IMG/VR virus record: IMGVR_UViG_3300032132_000748
DNA length: 64,000 nucleotides
Direction: 5' to 3' (one strand)
Origin: a virus
Taxonomy: Duplodnaviria; Caudoviricetes
The notes beneath the pieces are model-generated. The model was given only the letters and a program-made list of their open reading frames with translations, did not search any database and was not told the origin of the DNA. Position 1 is the first letter of the stretch; every line of letters begins with the position of its first letter. The translations under genes were made by a program, and so were the position numbers. Of this stretch, positions 19,189 through 28,278 are shown one piece after another.

Positions 19189-19589
19189 TAGAGCCCCCTC
19201 AATGATCTTGCGGCAAAATACATCCTAAAAGTTGTCTGTGCTGCTCCGCCGTTAACATATACAACTCTAGCAAAAGGGGCCACTATTTGCACTTGTAATG
19301 CATTGTCTGTAATATTGCCCCCTGTGATAGCATGAGTTGATATTGTAGTGTGTGTTGTCGATAGTGCTCCTGAAGGAAAATCAGCAGGAGATAGTCCTTG
19401 TTCTATGATGATTCCATCAGGAGAAGCACTATCAACGTCTGAGAAGGCAAACCCTGATATGTGTGCGTAACCTGCTACAGTGATTACTTCTCCGAAGAAT
19501 GAGGCCCCTGCGCCGAGAATATCGGCATCAACGGCTGCGCCCACAATAAGTGTATCAATCTGAGAAAGGTGAACTTTATTACTACTCAT
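19188..19589 (-). CDS. Small beta-rich protein, putative minor capsid/vertex jelly-roll
   Basis: AAGGAG RBS; alternating beta pattern, APFARVVYVNG; fold is inference. Confidence 0.55.
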   Translation of the reverse strand: MSSNKVHLSQIDTLIVGAAVDADILGAGASFFGEVITVAGYAHISGFAFSDVDSASPDGIIIEQGLSPADFPSGALSTTHTTISTHAITGGNITDNALQVQIVAPFARVVYVNGGAAQTTFRMYFAARSLRGL

Positions 19590-19601
19590 TTATCTCCTTT
19601 A

Positions 19602-20342
19602 TTAGCGGTTACGGAATACATCGTCTAGTTCATCAATAGGGAACATATGACCAAATATTACTGCTTTAACTGCAATATCTCTTGCTGCAATTGCTGTTGT
19701 GGCAATGCAGTTTTTTACACTTACCTGAATCGGCGTATTTTCGTTAACTATAGCAAACATCTTTGTGTTGTTATCTAAAGAAGATATCATGCAGGGGAAG
19801 TTGCCATAGTTGAAAACGGGTGTCCCACCCGCTTGGACACTCCAGGCTATGTCGTCAGGAGAGCCGTCTGGTTTCTGGAATGCAGTGCTATCACCGATCC
19901 ACTGACCGAAGCTTGTAATAACCGCAGAAAAACCTGATGGGATGTCTAGCGTCCCACTAGACCCAGTTTGGGGTGATCCAGGTGATATAACTGTAGTTGC
20001 ATCAACAAATAGATCAACAAAAGTTGTGGGATCTGGAGGAAGCAGAGCAGAACCAAAAGCAAAGAATCGCTGGGAACGGAACGATTCAAAGTTTGCTCTT
20101 GGTAAGTAGTTGATAGCCGCAAAGCTAACCTGATTACCGCTTAGAGAGGGTGGTATCGGTTCAACGAAGGATCTATAAGATCCTCCAGATGTTTGATAAA
20201 CATCACCCTCAAATCCCGGTAAGAAAGTTCCATCGGGCAAGGATACTGGACCCATGCCACGAAGGTCCTCAGGGAGTTCTCCGAACTCCCCAAAGCCTGA
20301 AAAATCAGGTAACTCTCTTTCAGTAAATTCCCGATCTGCCAT
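19602..20342 (-). CDS. Putative single jelly-roll minor capsid protein with N-terminal G-tag
   Basis: FSGFGEFGE; IPSGFSAVITSF..IAWSV..GTPVFNY..AVIFGHMFP beta-sandwich pattern. Confidence 0.55.
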   Translation of the reverse strand: MADREFTERELPDFSGFGEFGELPEDLRGMGPVSLPDGTFLPGFEGDVYQTSGGSYRSFVEPIPPSLSGNQVSFAAINYLPRANFESFRSQRFFAFGSALLPPDPTTFVDLFVDATTVISPGSPQTGSSGTLDIPSGFSAVITSFGQWIGDSTAFQKPDGSPDDIAWSVQAGGTPVFNYGNFPCMISSLDNNTKMFAIVNENTPIQVSVKNCIATTAIAARDIAVKAVIFGHMFPIDELDDVFRNR

Positions 20343-20347
20343 AAAAA

Positions 20348-20956
20348 TTATCCAGTAGTGGTCTTAAGATCTTCAACGTGATAGACCTTATAACCGATCA
20401 GACCAAGACGAACTTCGTTAGAAGCAAGTGAGAGGTCAGTTAGTTCTATTGTTATTGTTGAAGCACGAGCAATAAAGCGTGGCTTCGGCAAAATTAGCGG
20501 TAGCTGTGCTGTTCCTGCACCGATATCGGAGTGAACAGCAATGTTTGACCACTGACGATCGTTGGACGAATCTCGAACCAGGAACGCAAAAGGGGCTGTA
20601 GCTACACGAACCAACTTAGTTAGATAGAAGTCGGCTTCACGGGTAATTGAGATCGTGGTTGTTGCTGTTCCGCCTGAAGCGAGAGTTATAGGACTAGTAG
20701 CGTAAATGAAATACTCATCGAAGTTACCAGATTCGATCTTTCTGATCTTTTCTGCTAGCTTGAAGTTATCTTTACGTAGTCTTTTATTTTCTTCCTGCAT
20801 AGATAGCAGAATTTCTTGTAGAGTTTGTAGGTTTAAGCTTCCGCCTGCAGCGGCACCGCCGCCTGCGTCTGCTTGACCGAAGCCATTACCACCACCATAT
20901 CCACTAAATTGTGGTTGCTGTGGTTGACCCCAGTTTCCAATATTATTGTAAGGCAT
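20348..20956 (-). CDS. Putative single jelly-roll capsid protein with N-terminal G-tag and coil
   Basis: FSGYGG, FGQ; YFIY..EADFYL..GTAQLPLILPKP..LIGYKVY beta-rich domain. Confidence 0.55.
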   Translation of the reverse strand: MPYNNIGNWGQPQQPQFSGYGGGNGFGQADAGGGAAAGGSLNLQTLQEILLSMQEENKRLRKDNFKLAEKIRKIESGNFDEYFIYATSPITLASGGTATTTISITREADFYLTKLVRVATAPFAFLVRDSSNDRQWSNIAVHSDIGAGTAQLPLILPKPRFIARASTITIELTDLSLASNEVRLGLIGYKVYHVEDLKTTTG

Positions 20957-21089
20957 GTTATTTTCCTGATTCTTATTCGATTATCTCGAACGTTTTTAAT
21001 TCAACCTGTGTATCATTAGTTGGCCACTAATTCAGGCTAGTTTAATTAGATCAAATTATTGATTGTAAAACAAGTTTCTAATTTGTACA

Positions 21090-21125
21090 TAAAAATAGCC
21101 CAGAAGTATTTCTGGGCTATTTTTA
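21090..21125. terminator. Intrinsic terminator (symmetric)
   Basis: TAAAAATAGCCCAGAA-GTAT-TTCTGGGCTATTTTTA after histone-like gene. Confidence 0.8.
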
Positions 21126-21143
21126 GTCTAACTAAAGGAGCCC

Positions 21144-21731
21144 TTAGCGACGGCGGCGGCGAGCCTTCTTACGACCACGTTTCTTGGCCTTGCCTACCTT
21201 AGCGAGTTTCTTGATTCCCTTTGACTTAAGCCACTTACGGCCAACCTTTGACTTACGCAACTTTCTAACTGCGCGGTTGAAAACCTTACGTGCTGCGATG
21301 GTTCTACCCTTTCCACGACTAATGCAAGCCTTAGCTGAGCGGACTGTTGGTGCCTTACGAGTCTTAGGGCAACGGCTGCTCTTACGCTTACGTGCGGAAA
21401 GCTTAGGGCGTCCGACCTTACGTTTGCGTCCGCGCTTCTTGGCCTTAGCCTTACGACGCTTCATCTTGCGCTTCTTACCGGCCATTACGCCATTCTTAGT
21501 CTTCCAAACAGAGAGAAGCTTTCCTCTCTTACCCTTAAGATAAAGAACAATTTTTCCTGCTTTTCTAGCTTTAACTAGATCTTTGCCTACAGCACTTTTA
21601 ACAAGAACGGAACCTTGACCCTTCTTGAAGGGCTTGTTGCATCGAACGTTACCTTTTTTATCAATCCAGCAACTGGATTTAATCTTGGGACGCTTTGTCT
21701 TAAGCGCAGCGACTTTTGTTTTCTTTGCCAT
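21144..21731 (-). CDS. Histone H1/protamine-like highly basic protein
   Basis: 195 aa dominated by K/R; GAGGAG RBS; own terminator. Confidence 0.8.
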   Translation of the reverse strand: MAKKTKVAALKTKRPKIKSSCWIDKKGNVRCNKPFKKGQGSVLVKSAVGKDLVKARKAGKIVLYLKGKRGKLLSVWKTKNGVMAGKKRKMKRRKAKAKKRGRKRKVGRPKLSARKRKSSRCPKTRKAPTVRSAKACISRGKGRTIAARKVFNRAVRKLRKSKVGRKWLKSKGIKKLAKVGKAKKRGRKKARRRRR

Positions 21732-21817
21732 TGTGGTTACTCCTCGAACAAGTTAATTTTAACAAACTTAGATATTGTTATGCTAACAAAATCTACGATT
21801 AATTAACATCATTTTTC

Positions 21818-22735
21818 TTAATTTTCAGATTTATTGCTATTTTTCCAGTATTTTTCCAGCCATTTAAATGTCTCAGATAGATCTTCTTTATTCGCATAAT
21901 CGATTAAATTGTCCAAAATTCCAACATTATCAAGCGCAACTTTCTCATTAAAAATCGAATCAATTCGATGGTATTTGTCTCCCAGCAAGCGACTGCACTG
22001 ATACTCTGTAGTGAATTTCATGCAATCGAAGAAAATATCGATGAGAAGGGGAGCCCACTGGCTAACACCCCAGTCTAATTTTTTCCCGGATACAAAGGTT
22101 GGGGAAAATCCAGGGCCTATAGATAGAAGATTGATATCTTCTAACTTTTGCTGTCCGGTTTTGGTGTCTAAAGCCTGGGCAACCGCTGAAATACAAGGGC
22201 TATTAGCTGCAAACCCTCCATCCACGTACCCTTGATACGAAGGGAAATAAGTAGGTGCTGCAGCGCCCTTTATGAGAGCGTCAACAACAAGCTCCTCTAG
22301 GTCCGTATCCTGATAATTATTGTAGAATTTAGGTTTCCAAGTTCTTGGGGTAGATTCATTATCTAAATCAAAAGCTGGGATTAGTATTTTTTTCTCTAGG
22401 TCCCCTAGTTTCTTGCTTCCGAAGTATTTTTTCAATACAGATTTGAGATTTGCATAATCATAGTCTGCACCGATGAGCTTTCCAAGATCCTTTATGTCAT
22501 CCCAATAAGAATCTTTGAATATTTTCTTTAGGTTGCTTCGATATAGGTCTACTATCTGCTCTGGGGCTACTTTCGCAGCTATGGCAGCAGCTATAATTGC
22601 ACCTGTAGACGCTCCAGCCAGAGCGTCTATGTTATTAATTAATTCGGGATACTCTTTGAAGCATCTTAATAAGATTTGTGCGGAATAGAGGCCCTTAACG
22701 CCTCCACCATCTATAACTAAAATATTGTAGCTCAT
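21818..22735 (-). CDS. Patatin-like phospholipase
   Basis: DGGGVKG oxyanion loop, GASTG nucleophile, APTYFP, DGG catalytic Asp. Confidence 0.92.
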   Translation of the reverse strand: MSYNILVIDGGGVKGLYSAQILLRCFKEYPELINNIDALAGASTGAIIAAAIAAKVAPEQIVDLYRSNLKKIFKDSYWDDIKDLGKLIGADYDYANLKSVLKKYFGSKKLGDLEKKILIPAFDLDNESTPRTWKPKFYNNYQDTDLEELVVDALIKGAAAPTYFPSYQGYVDGGFAANSPCISAVAQALDTKTGQQKLEDINLLSIGPGFSPTFVSGKKLDWGVSQWAPLLIDIFFDCMKFTTEYQCSRLLGDKYHRIDSIFNEKVALDNVGILDNLIDYANKEDLSETFKWLEKYWKNSNKSEN

Positions 22736-22764
22736 ATTTAAATAATATCAAATATGAGCTACAA
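22725..22764. repeat. Perfect 15-bp inverted repeat over patatin start
   Basis: TTGTAGCTCATATTT-10 nt-AAATATGAGCTACAA. Confidence 0.85.
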
Positions 22765-22776
22765 AAATTTCTAATT

Positions 22777-23280
22777 TCAGTCTGCTGTATCTGGGCCTAA
22801 ATTAATAAAAGGGCGGCTAAGTCTAATGTCATTAGCTATCTGTGAACCCCTCAGATCTCTGCTCGGCCAATCTATATGGTCATGATTTACATCCCCGCCA
22901 GGAGTATTGAGATGCCACAACTCATGATACATGGCAGGAACTTCAAATTTTTGTCCAGAAATAACAGTAATATTACCCCCAGGAAATCTAATACAGCCAA
23001 TTGCATTTTGGGTATCACCACAATCAACTGTTGTTTCTGTCGTAACTGCAGCTACCGCGAAAGCTGTTGTTTCTCCAAAATCTTTTTCGAACTCATCCAG
23101 ATGAATCTCAACAGCGTCTAGTATTAGTTTTTGATTCTCTTCTGAGACAGCGGGTAGTTGAATAATTAAATTTCCTACAACTACTCCAGGGGGTGTTCTA
23201 TTTTTCTTTTTATGATTTCCACAGCCAACAGGTGTTAGCAGTAAAAGAACCATTGCCACGTAAGTAGCTACTTTAGTCAT
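22777..23280 (-). CDS. Lipoprotein with zincin HExxH motif
   Basis: Start MTKV after AAGGA; LLLLTPVGC lipobox-like; HELWH. Confidence 0.65.
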   Translation of the reverse strand: MTKVATYVAMVLLLLTPVGCGNHKKKNRTPPGVVVGNLIIQLPAVSEENQKLILDAVEIHLDEFEKDFGETTAFAVAAVTTETTVDCGDTQNAIGCIRFPGGNITVISGQKFEVPAMYHELWHLNTPGGDVNHDHIDWPSRDLRGSQIANDIRLSRPFINLGPDTAD

Positions 23281-23290
23281 ATATCCTTCT

Positions 23291-24331
23291 TTAAAAGACA
23301 AGCACTTCACCCCAGCGGTGAAGATGCTTGTCTAACATATAATTGCTATTAATGTATTTCATTGCGTTCTTGATTAACTTCTCTCTGAGAGCCTCGTTCT
23401 CTATGAGAAGTGACAAACACGTAAACCATTCTTTTTCGTTTGAGGCTAAAAACCCATCCTCTCCGTGGTCTATATGCTTGTAGGGGCCATAGTTTGATCC
23501 TATAAAAGCCGCCTCCATCAAAGTCATCTGGCTGTATTTCAAATTAGATTTTGATGCGTTAAAAACATGTGGGCGAAGAGGTGCTATTGCGATATCTGCA
23601 TTTATATCTTGAATTGTGTTTAAGTAATCGCCAAAAGGAACTGCAGGGTGGCATATAGCTCCAGGTATGAGTTCTTGAAGAGTTTTCTCGTCTAAAGTGC
23701 TTTGAAGATGTATTTCAATCTTATCTCCATATTCATCACTTATTTTTTGAAGAGGGCCTTTTACAAGCTCCAAGTCTGGTAGATGACTTGAACTCCCAGT
23801 CCAGAGTATTCTAATTTTTTCATTCTTAGTTTTTGGGATATCCCGACGCATCTCGTCTGAGACACAGTTAGGGATTACTTTTATATTTTTATTCCATGTC
23901 TGATAAAGAGCTTTGAGTTCATTTGTCGTAACAATTACCATATCTGCAAGTTGTATGAACATTTGCACATAAATGCTTCTCATCTCTGGAGGAAAGCTAT
24001 ATGTCTCTCCGGTAGTTTTATCTATAATTTCAGTTTGCTCAGGAGAGTCCTCAGGAATATTGAGATAGTCGTCATCAAAATCGATGATAATTTTCTTTCC
24101 TTTTGCTTTCCAATCAGCATAGAACTGGTAAGCCGAAGGGGCATACAGGCACTGTATATAGAGTATCTCTGCCCACTCATACTGCTCTAGCTGATTTTCC
24201 TTTTCTCCGAGAAATTGGACAGGATGTCCTTGTTCCATCAGACTATACAGGGGTTGAATTACCCTGTGATAGGAAGTGGCGTTATTATCTAGGGGGACGC
24301 CTAGGACTCGACGTTTACTCTTAATTAGCAT
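23291..24331 (-). CDS. Glycosyltransferase, GT-B fold
   Basis: DFDD, WTGSSSH, DIAIAPL..FNASKSNLK. Confidence 0.85.
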   Translation of the reverse strand: MLIKSKRRVLGVPLDNNATSYHRVIQPLYSLMEQGHPVQFLGEKENQLEQYEWAEILYIQCLYAPSAYQFYADWKAKGKKIIIDFDDDYLNIPEDSPEQTEIIDKTTGETYSFPPEMRSIYVQMFIQLADMVIVTTNELKALYQTWNKNIKVIPNCVSDEMRRDIPKTKNEKIRILWTGSSSHLPDLELVKGPLQKISDEYGDKIEIHLQSTLDEKTLQELIPGAICHPAVPFGDYLNTIQDINADIAIAPLRPHVFNASKSNLKYSQMTLMEAAFIGSNYGPYKHIDHGEDGFLASNEKEWFTCLSLLIENEALREKLIKNAMKYINSNYMLDKHLHRWGEVLVF

Positions 24332-24368
24332 ACTCTAACGTTACGATAATTTCTTAACGTCGCAAGAC

Positions 24369-25202
24369 CTACTTACCTACTGGTCTATGTCTAAACCCTA
24401 CGTGATATACAATATAACCTGTCATTACTTCCTTATCTTCTAACAAGAGAGTAGAAAAATTTCGTTCTACTCCTATAATCACCCCGTATCTTAATGCTCT
24501 ATTCAATTCAGCTATCTGCTTCTTCGCCATCTCCTCACGCTCTTCTCCAGTTAGGTCCTCACGGGGATGTTTCATCCCGATAGCATATCTATCAACCCAC
24601 CTAATATCAGGAATATCATAAGTGACCATACTATAGGTTTGATCGATGCTTGGTCCGTGAAGAGGTTCTCTTTGTAAAATTAATAATCCATTATTTTTTC
24701 TTTCGTTAAAAACAATTTCCCAATGATTATTTTTTTCTAAAAACTCAAGAACTGCATCCATTATTCCAGGAGAATTTCCATCTTCTCCCCTACTGGCGAA
24801 GGCATAGGAACTAACAATCACTAAATATTTAGTAACGCTACCTGCGTGCTTCAATAATTCTTGTTTTAGTTGCGAATAGCTGTGATAAGTATCTAGAACC
24901 AGCATTTCGGTTTGTTCGATCTGAATCGAAAGGGGGTCACCTATTCTTACCTTTAAATGTGTTCTTCCAGCAGACTCGGGTAATTTTTTAGCAAGAGCAT
25001 CTATGATATTTTGATTTTTCCCATAGGCTATGAACATTGGTGGTTGTCCCGCCATTATGGAAATACATACCCCAGAGGAATTCAGCCCTAATTCCGTAAC
25101 ATGTTGACATCTTGATGCGAACTCACGAATAGTAGGGCAATGCATAAATACGTCACTTACTTTATTGCATGCCTCCGCATATAATTCATCTAAACTTGCC
25201 AC
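24369..25202 (-). CDS. SAM-methyltransferase-like domain fused to small C-terminal domain
   Basis: HVTELG, LDTYHSYSQLKQEL pattern; motifs partly degenerate. Confidence 0.55.
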   Translation of the reverse strand: MASLDELYAEACNKVSDVFMHCPTIREFASRCQHVTELGLNSSGVCISIMAGQPPMFIAYGKNQNIIDALAKKLPESAGRTHLKVRIGDPLSIQIEQTEMLVLDTYHSYSQLKQELLKHAGSVTKYLVIVSSYAFASRGEDGNSPGIMDAVLEFLEKNNHWEIVFNERKNNGLLILQREPLHGPSIDQTYSMVTYDIPDIRWVDRYAIGMKHPREDLTGEEREEMAKKQIAELNRALRYGVIIGVERNFSTLLLEDKEVMTGYIVYHVGFRHRPVGK

Positions 25203-25237
25203 ATAGTCTCCATCGTATTTTGTTATAATAAACCATT

Positions 25238-27406
25238 ATGGCAGTAAATTTCAATATTGGTGACACAATTATAGTCAACCAAACATACGTACAAAATATT
25301 TTAGCTCCAAGACCCTCCACTAATGAGAGAAAAGCCCTTCTTGAACACCTAGGTAGGCTAGGAGATAGCAGTTTACTCGTTAGTAAATTTTTTCCTGTCG
25401 TCCCTACGATGAGAGTTACAAAAATAGAGGATAACTCCTCTAAAGTTTTGAGTTTTGAGACTGAGAATGATTTGAACAGTTGCTTCACGTTTGTAAGTGA
25501 TTTTACCATGACTACAAACAAGGTTGTTAACGTTCAAAACGGGACAACTGGCGTAATTAAGAAAGGATCCTTTGTCTATCAAACCGGATTCATCGGGTCC
25601 AACCCACAGAAAGCAGTTATTGCTTCCCCGAAGGCCAACCAAATAGCTGGAGCCGCCATATTTGGTATTGCTATACAGGATATTTTTGCTGGTAGCACCG
25701 GAAACGTTTTAGTAGAAGGTACTTTTAAAGGATTAGACACTCGTGCCGCCAATACTCAGGCAGAGTGTTATGTAGGAGTAGAGGGCGGCCAAGCTGTCTC
25801 AATTCCTGGTGGAGACTTTCACAAGAAAGGAATAGTTATAGACGCAGCAAGAAATGGCACCGTTTTTCTCCCGCGCCAACCTTCCGGTCCCTATAACTGC
25901 TTCGAAGTAAGGCAGCTTGATGGTCTTTGTAATCATAAGGAAAATCATGATCAGGGTCTCGCAGGTCACACGTATCGTAGAGTAATACCAGCTAAATATG
26001 CAGATGGGAAATCAGTTCCTTTCGTAGCGGCTACCAGAACAAATCCTAGAAATATAAGTAATTTAATTTTTGATAAGGGTGCTGACAAGCCAAACCACTT
26101 AAATGCCACAGACTTTGTTTGGTTGTGGGGTCAATTCCTAGATCATGATATTGCCCTAACTAAAGATACTGCGGAATATTTTCCTATAGCTGTTCCTGCG
26201 GACGACACCGTCTTTACTCCCGGATCATCTTTGCCTTTTGTGAGATCGGAATTTGATTCTGATACAGGAACTACGAACGTCCGCCAACAAGTTAACCAAC
26301 AGAGTGCCTATATAGACGCGTCCAATGTTTATGGAGCTGATCCTGTTCGCGAAGCAGCTTTGCGAGCTAATGATGGTTCTGGTAAGCTTCGCACCAGCTC
26401 AGGAGATTTACTTCCTTTCAACACAACACTTCTTGATAACGCCCCAAATAATCACGACCCCCAATACTTCCTGGCAGGAGATATCAGAGCCAACGAACAT
26501 CTTTTGCTTACGGCCTTACACACTCTTTGGGTTAGGGAGCACAATCGTCTTGCTGTTGAAATAAAATCAGTTAACAGCCATTTAACCGGGGATCAGGTCT
26601 ATGAAGTGACTAGACGAAAGGTTACGGCCTTGATTCAAGCTATCACGTATAATGAATTTTTGCCAATTTTATTGGGCTCTGATGCTATTAGTAAGTATAC
26701 CGGATATGACTCAAGCACCAATCCGCAGATAATGAACTCATTTGCTACAGCATTCTATAGATTAGGACACGCCATGGTTTCTTCTACTCTACAGCGTCTA
26801 GATAGCAACTTAGCTAGAATTTCATTAGGACACTCTAAATTAAGTGATTCTTTCTTCCGCCCAGACAGATTAACTGAGGGCGGGGGTATGGAACCTCTAC
26901 TTCGAGGAGCATCGCAACAAGTATGTCAAGCAATCACCCCTGGGACTGCAAATGAGCTTAGGAATCTTCTCTTTGCCAGTTCAGGTACCGGCGGCCAAGA
27001 CTTAGCTGCAAGAAACATTCAACGAGGTAGAGATCACGGGCTACCGGACCTAAACACTTGTAGAAAAGCTCTTGGTTTGGATACTCACAGGTCGTTTAGC
27101 AGTATCACTTCGGATTCTACTATCAAAGCAAACCTAGCTCTTGCTTACTCTAGCCTTAATGGAATAGATGCATGGGTCGGTGCTTTGGCAGAAGATGTTG
27201 ATGATGCCGGTGGCTTGGTTGGTTCAACAATTAAAAGATCGTGTAAGCTTCAGTTTGAAGCTCTAAGAGACGGCGATCGTTTTTGGTATGAGTGTCTCTT
27301 TGCTGGTGATTTGCTTGCGGAAATTAACAATACTAAGTTGTCAGATGTTATTCGTAGAAACACCACTATCGGTAGTGAGCTACAAGATAATGTGTTCATT
27401 AAGTAA
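25238..27406 (+). CDS. Animal-type heme peroxidase (peroxidase-cyclooxygenase superfamily) fused to N-terminal module shared with the collagen
   Basis: WGQFLDHD, GDIRANE, AFYRLGH, NIQRGRDHG, LRDGDRFWY; residues 1-210 align with collagen N-terminus. Confidence 0.92.
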   Translation: MAVNFNIGDTIIVNQTYVQNILAPRPSTNERKALLEHLGRLGDSSLLVSKFFPVVPTMRVTKIEDNSSKVLSFETENDLNSCFTFVSDFTMTTNKVVNVQNGTTGVIKKGSFVYQTGFIGSNPQKAVIASPKANQIAGAAIFGIAIQDIFAGSTGNVLVEGTFKGLDTRAANTQAECYVGVEGGQAVSIPGGDFHKKGIVIDAARNGTVFLPRQPSGPYNCFEVRQLDGLCNHKENHDQGLAGHTYRRVIPAKYADGKSVPFVAATRTNPRNISNLIFDKGADKPNHLNATDFVWLWGQFLDHDIALTKDTAEYFPIAVPADDTVFTPGSSLPFVRSEFDSDTGTTNVRQQVNQQSAYIDASNVYGADPVREAALRANDGSGKLRTSSGDLLPFNTTLLDNAPNNHDPQYFLAGDIRANEHLLLTALHTLWVREHNRLAVEIKSVNSHLTGDQVYEVTRRKVTALIQAITYNEFLPILLGSDAISKYTGYDSSTNPQIMNSFATAFYRLGHAMVSSTLQRLDSNLARISLGHSKLSDSFFRPDRLTEGGGMEPLLRGASQQVCQAITPGTANELRNLLFASSGTGGQDLAARNIQRGRDHGLPDLNTCRKALGLDTHRSFSSITSDSTIKANLALAYSSLNGIDAWVGALAEDVDDAGGLVGSTIKRSCKLQFEALRDGDRFWYECLFAGDLLAEINNTKLSDVIRRNTTIGSELQDNVFIK

Positions 27407-27602
27407 TTTTTCTATTCTTTAAAGAACAGCATAGTTCATCTAACTTTTTACTTGTTGTATGTACAAACAAAAATGGCAATACTGCGTGAGTTATTGCCAT
27501 CAATCCCAATCCAATTAATTTGGTGCCACAACAAAAGGCAAAGCAAAAATGCTGAAAGTAGGTTTCATTAACAGAATTGGGGTGTTTAGTAAATGGATTC
27601 AT
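27399..27602 (-). CDS. Small membrane protein (DUF6356-like)
   Basis: NPFTKHP..VNETYFQHF..HAVLPFLF. Confidence 0.65.
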   Translation of the reverse strand: MNPFTKHPNSVNETYFQHFCFAFCCGTKLIGLGLMAITHAVLPFLFVHTTSKKLDELCCSLKNRKIT

Positions 27603-27627
27603 CTATAAATTATAGCAAAGACTTGCC

Positions 27628-28278
27628 TCACTCAAACCTAGCGCTACGTCTCCCATTCCAGTTTATGCCTTCGTCTTGCGGTCCAACAATAGGCATATGT
27701 ATAACCGTCAGGTTATCTAGGCAGGCTTGATCTTTAAACTGCAACGCAAAGGACACGTCACTCTCAGCAGCGTTATGGCTATCTTCTGGATATAACTGTC
27801 CTGTATGGAATATCTGAGTATACCCAATAGGAATAAAGTGATTAATTACAGAGTTTTCTAATCTAAAGTAAGAAGCCTTAAGTTTTTGCCATTTTTTTGT
27901 GTGGCCTGTAAGTAGGTATTTTTCCCATGCGGATTTTGATGGGCACATTAAGCGTGGGCATCCGTATATAGTATTCTTGTCTAAATTTTCTAAATCTTTT
28001 ATATTTTTAGGTAGTAAAATATCAGAATCGAAATGGCAAACCCATCCGTCTAGGCCCCTAAGGGCCTCATTTATGGCTTTGCCTTTATTAAACTCTGCTC
28101 CGCCTTCATAAAACTTATTAGTTAAAATAACGTCAACTTGGTTTTCCTGGCAAATATTTTGAGTTTTAATGTCATCTGGGCTTGTTACTACAATCAAATG
28201 ATCAAACAAAGGTTTGTTGTGAGGTAAACTAATCTTCAGATAATCATCATAATTAACACAAACAGTTATAGCTTTCAT
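27628..28278 (-). CDS. Glycosyltransferase, GT-A fold (GT2-like)
   Basis: ITVCVNYDD, FNKGKAIN, DSD motif. Confidence 0.8.
   Translation of the reverse strand: MKAITVCVNYDDYLKISLPHNKPLFDHLIVVTSPDDIKTQNICQENQVDVILTNKFYEGGAEFNKGKAINEALRGLDGWVCHFDSDILLPKNIKDLENLDKNTIYGCPRLMCPSKSAWEKYLLTGHTKKWQKLKASYFRLENSVINHFIPIGYTQIFHTGQLYPEDSHNAAESDVSFALQFKDQACLDNLTVIHMPIVGPQDEGINWNGRRSARFE

Noticed and set aside
21818-22735. CBASS CapV effector system
   Set aside because: Patatin is present but no adjacent CD-NTase; the NTase at 55595 is RlaP-like and 33 kb away.
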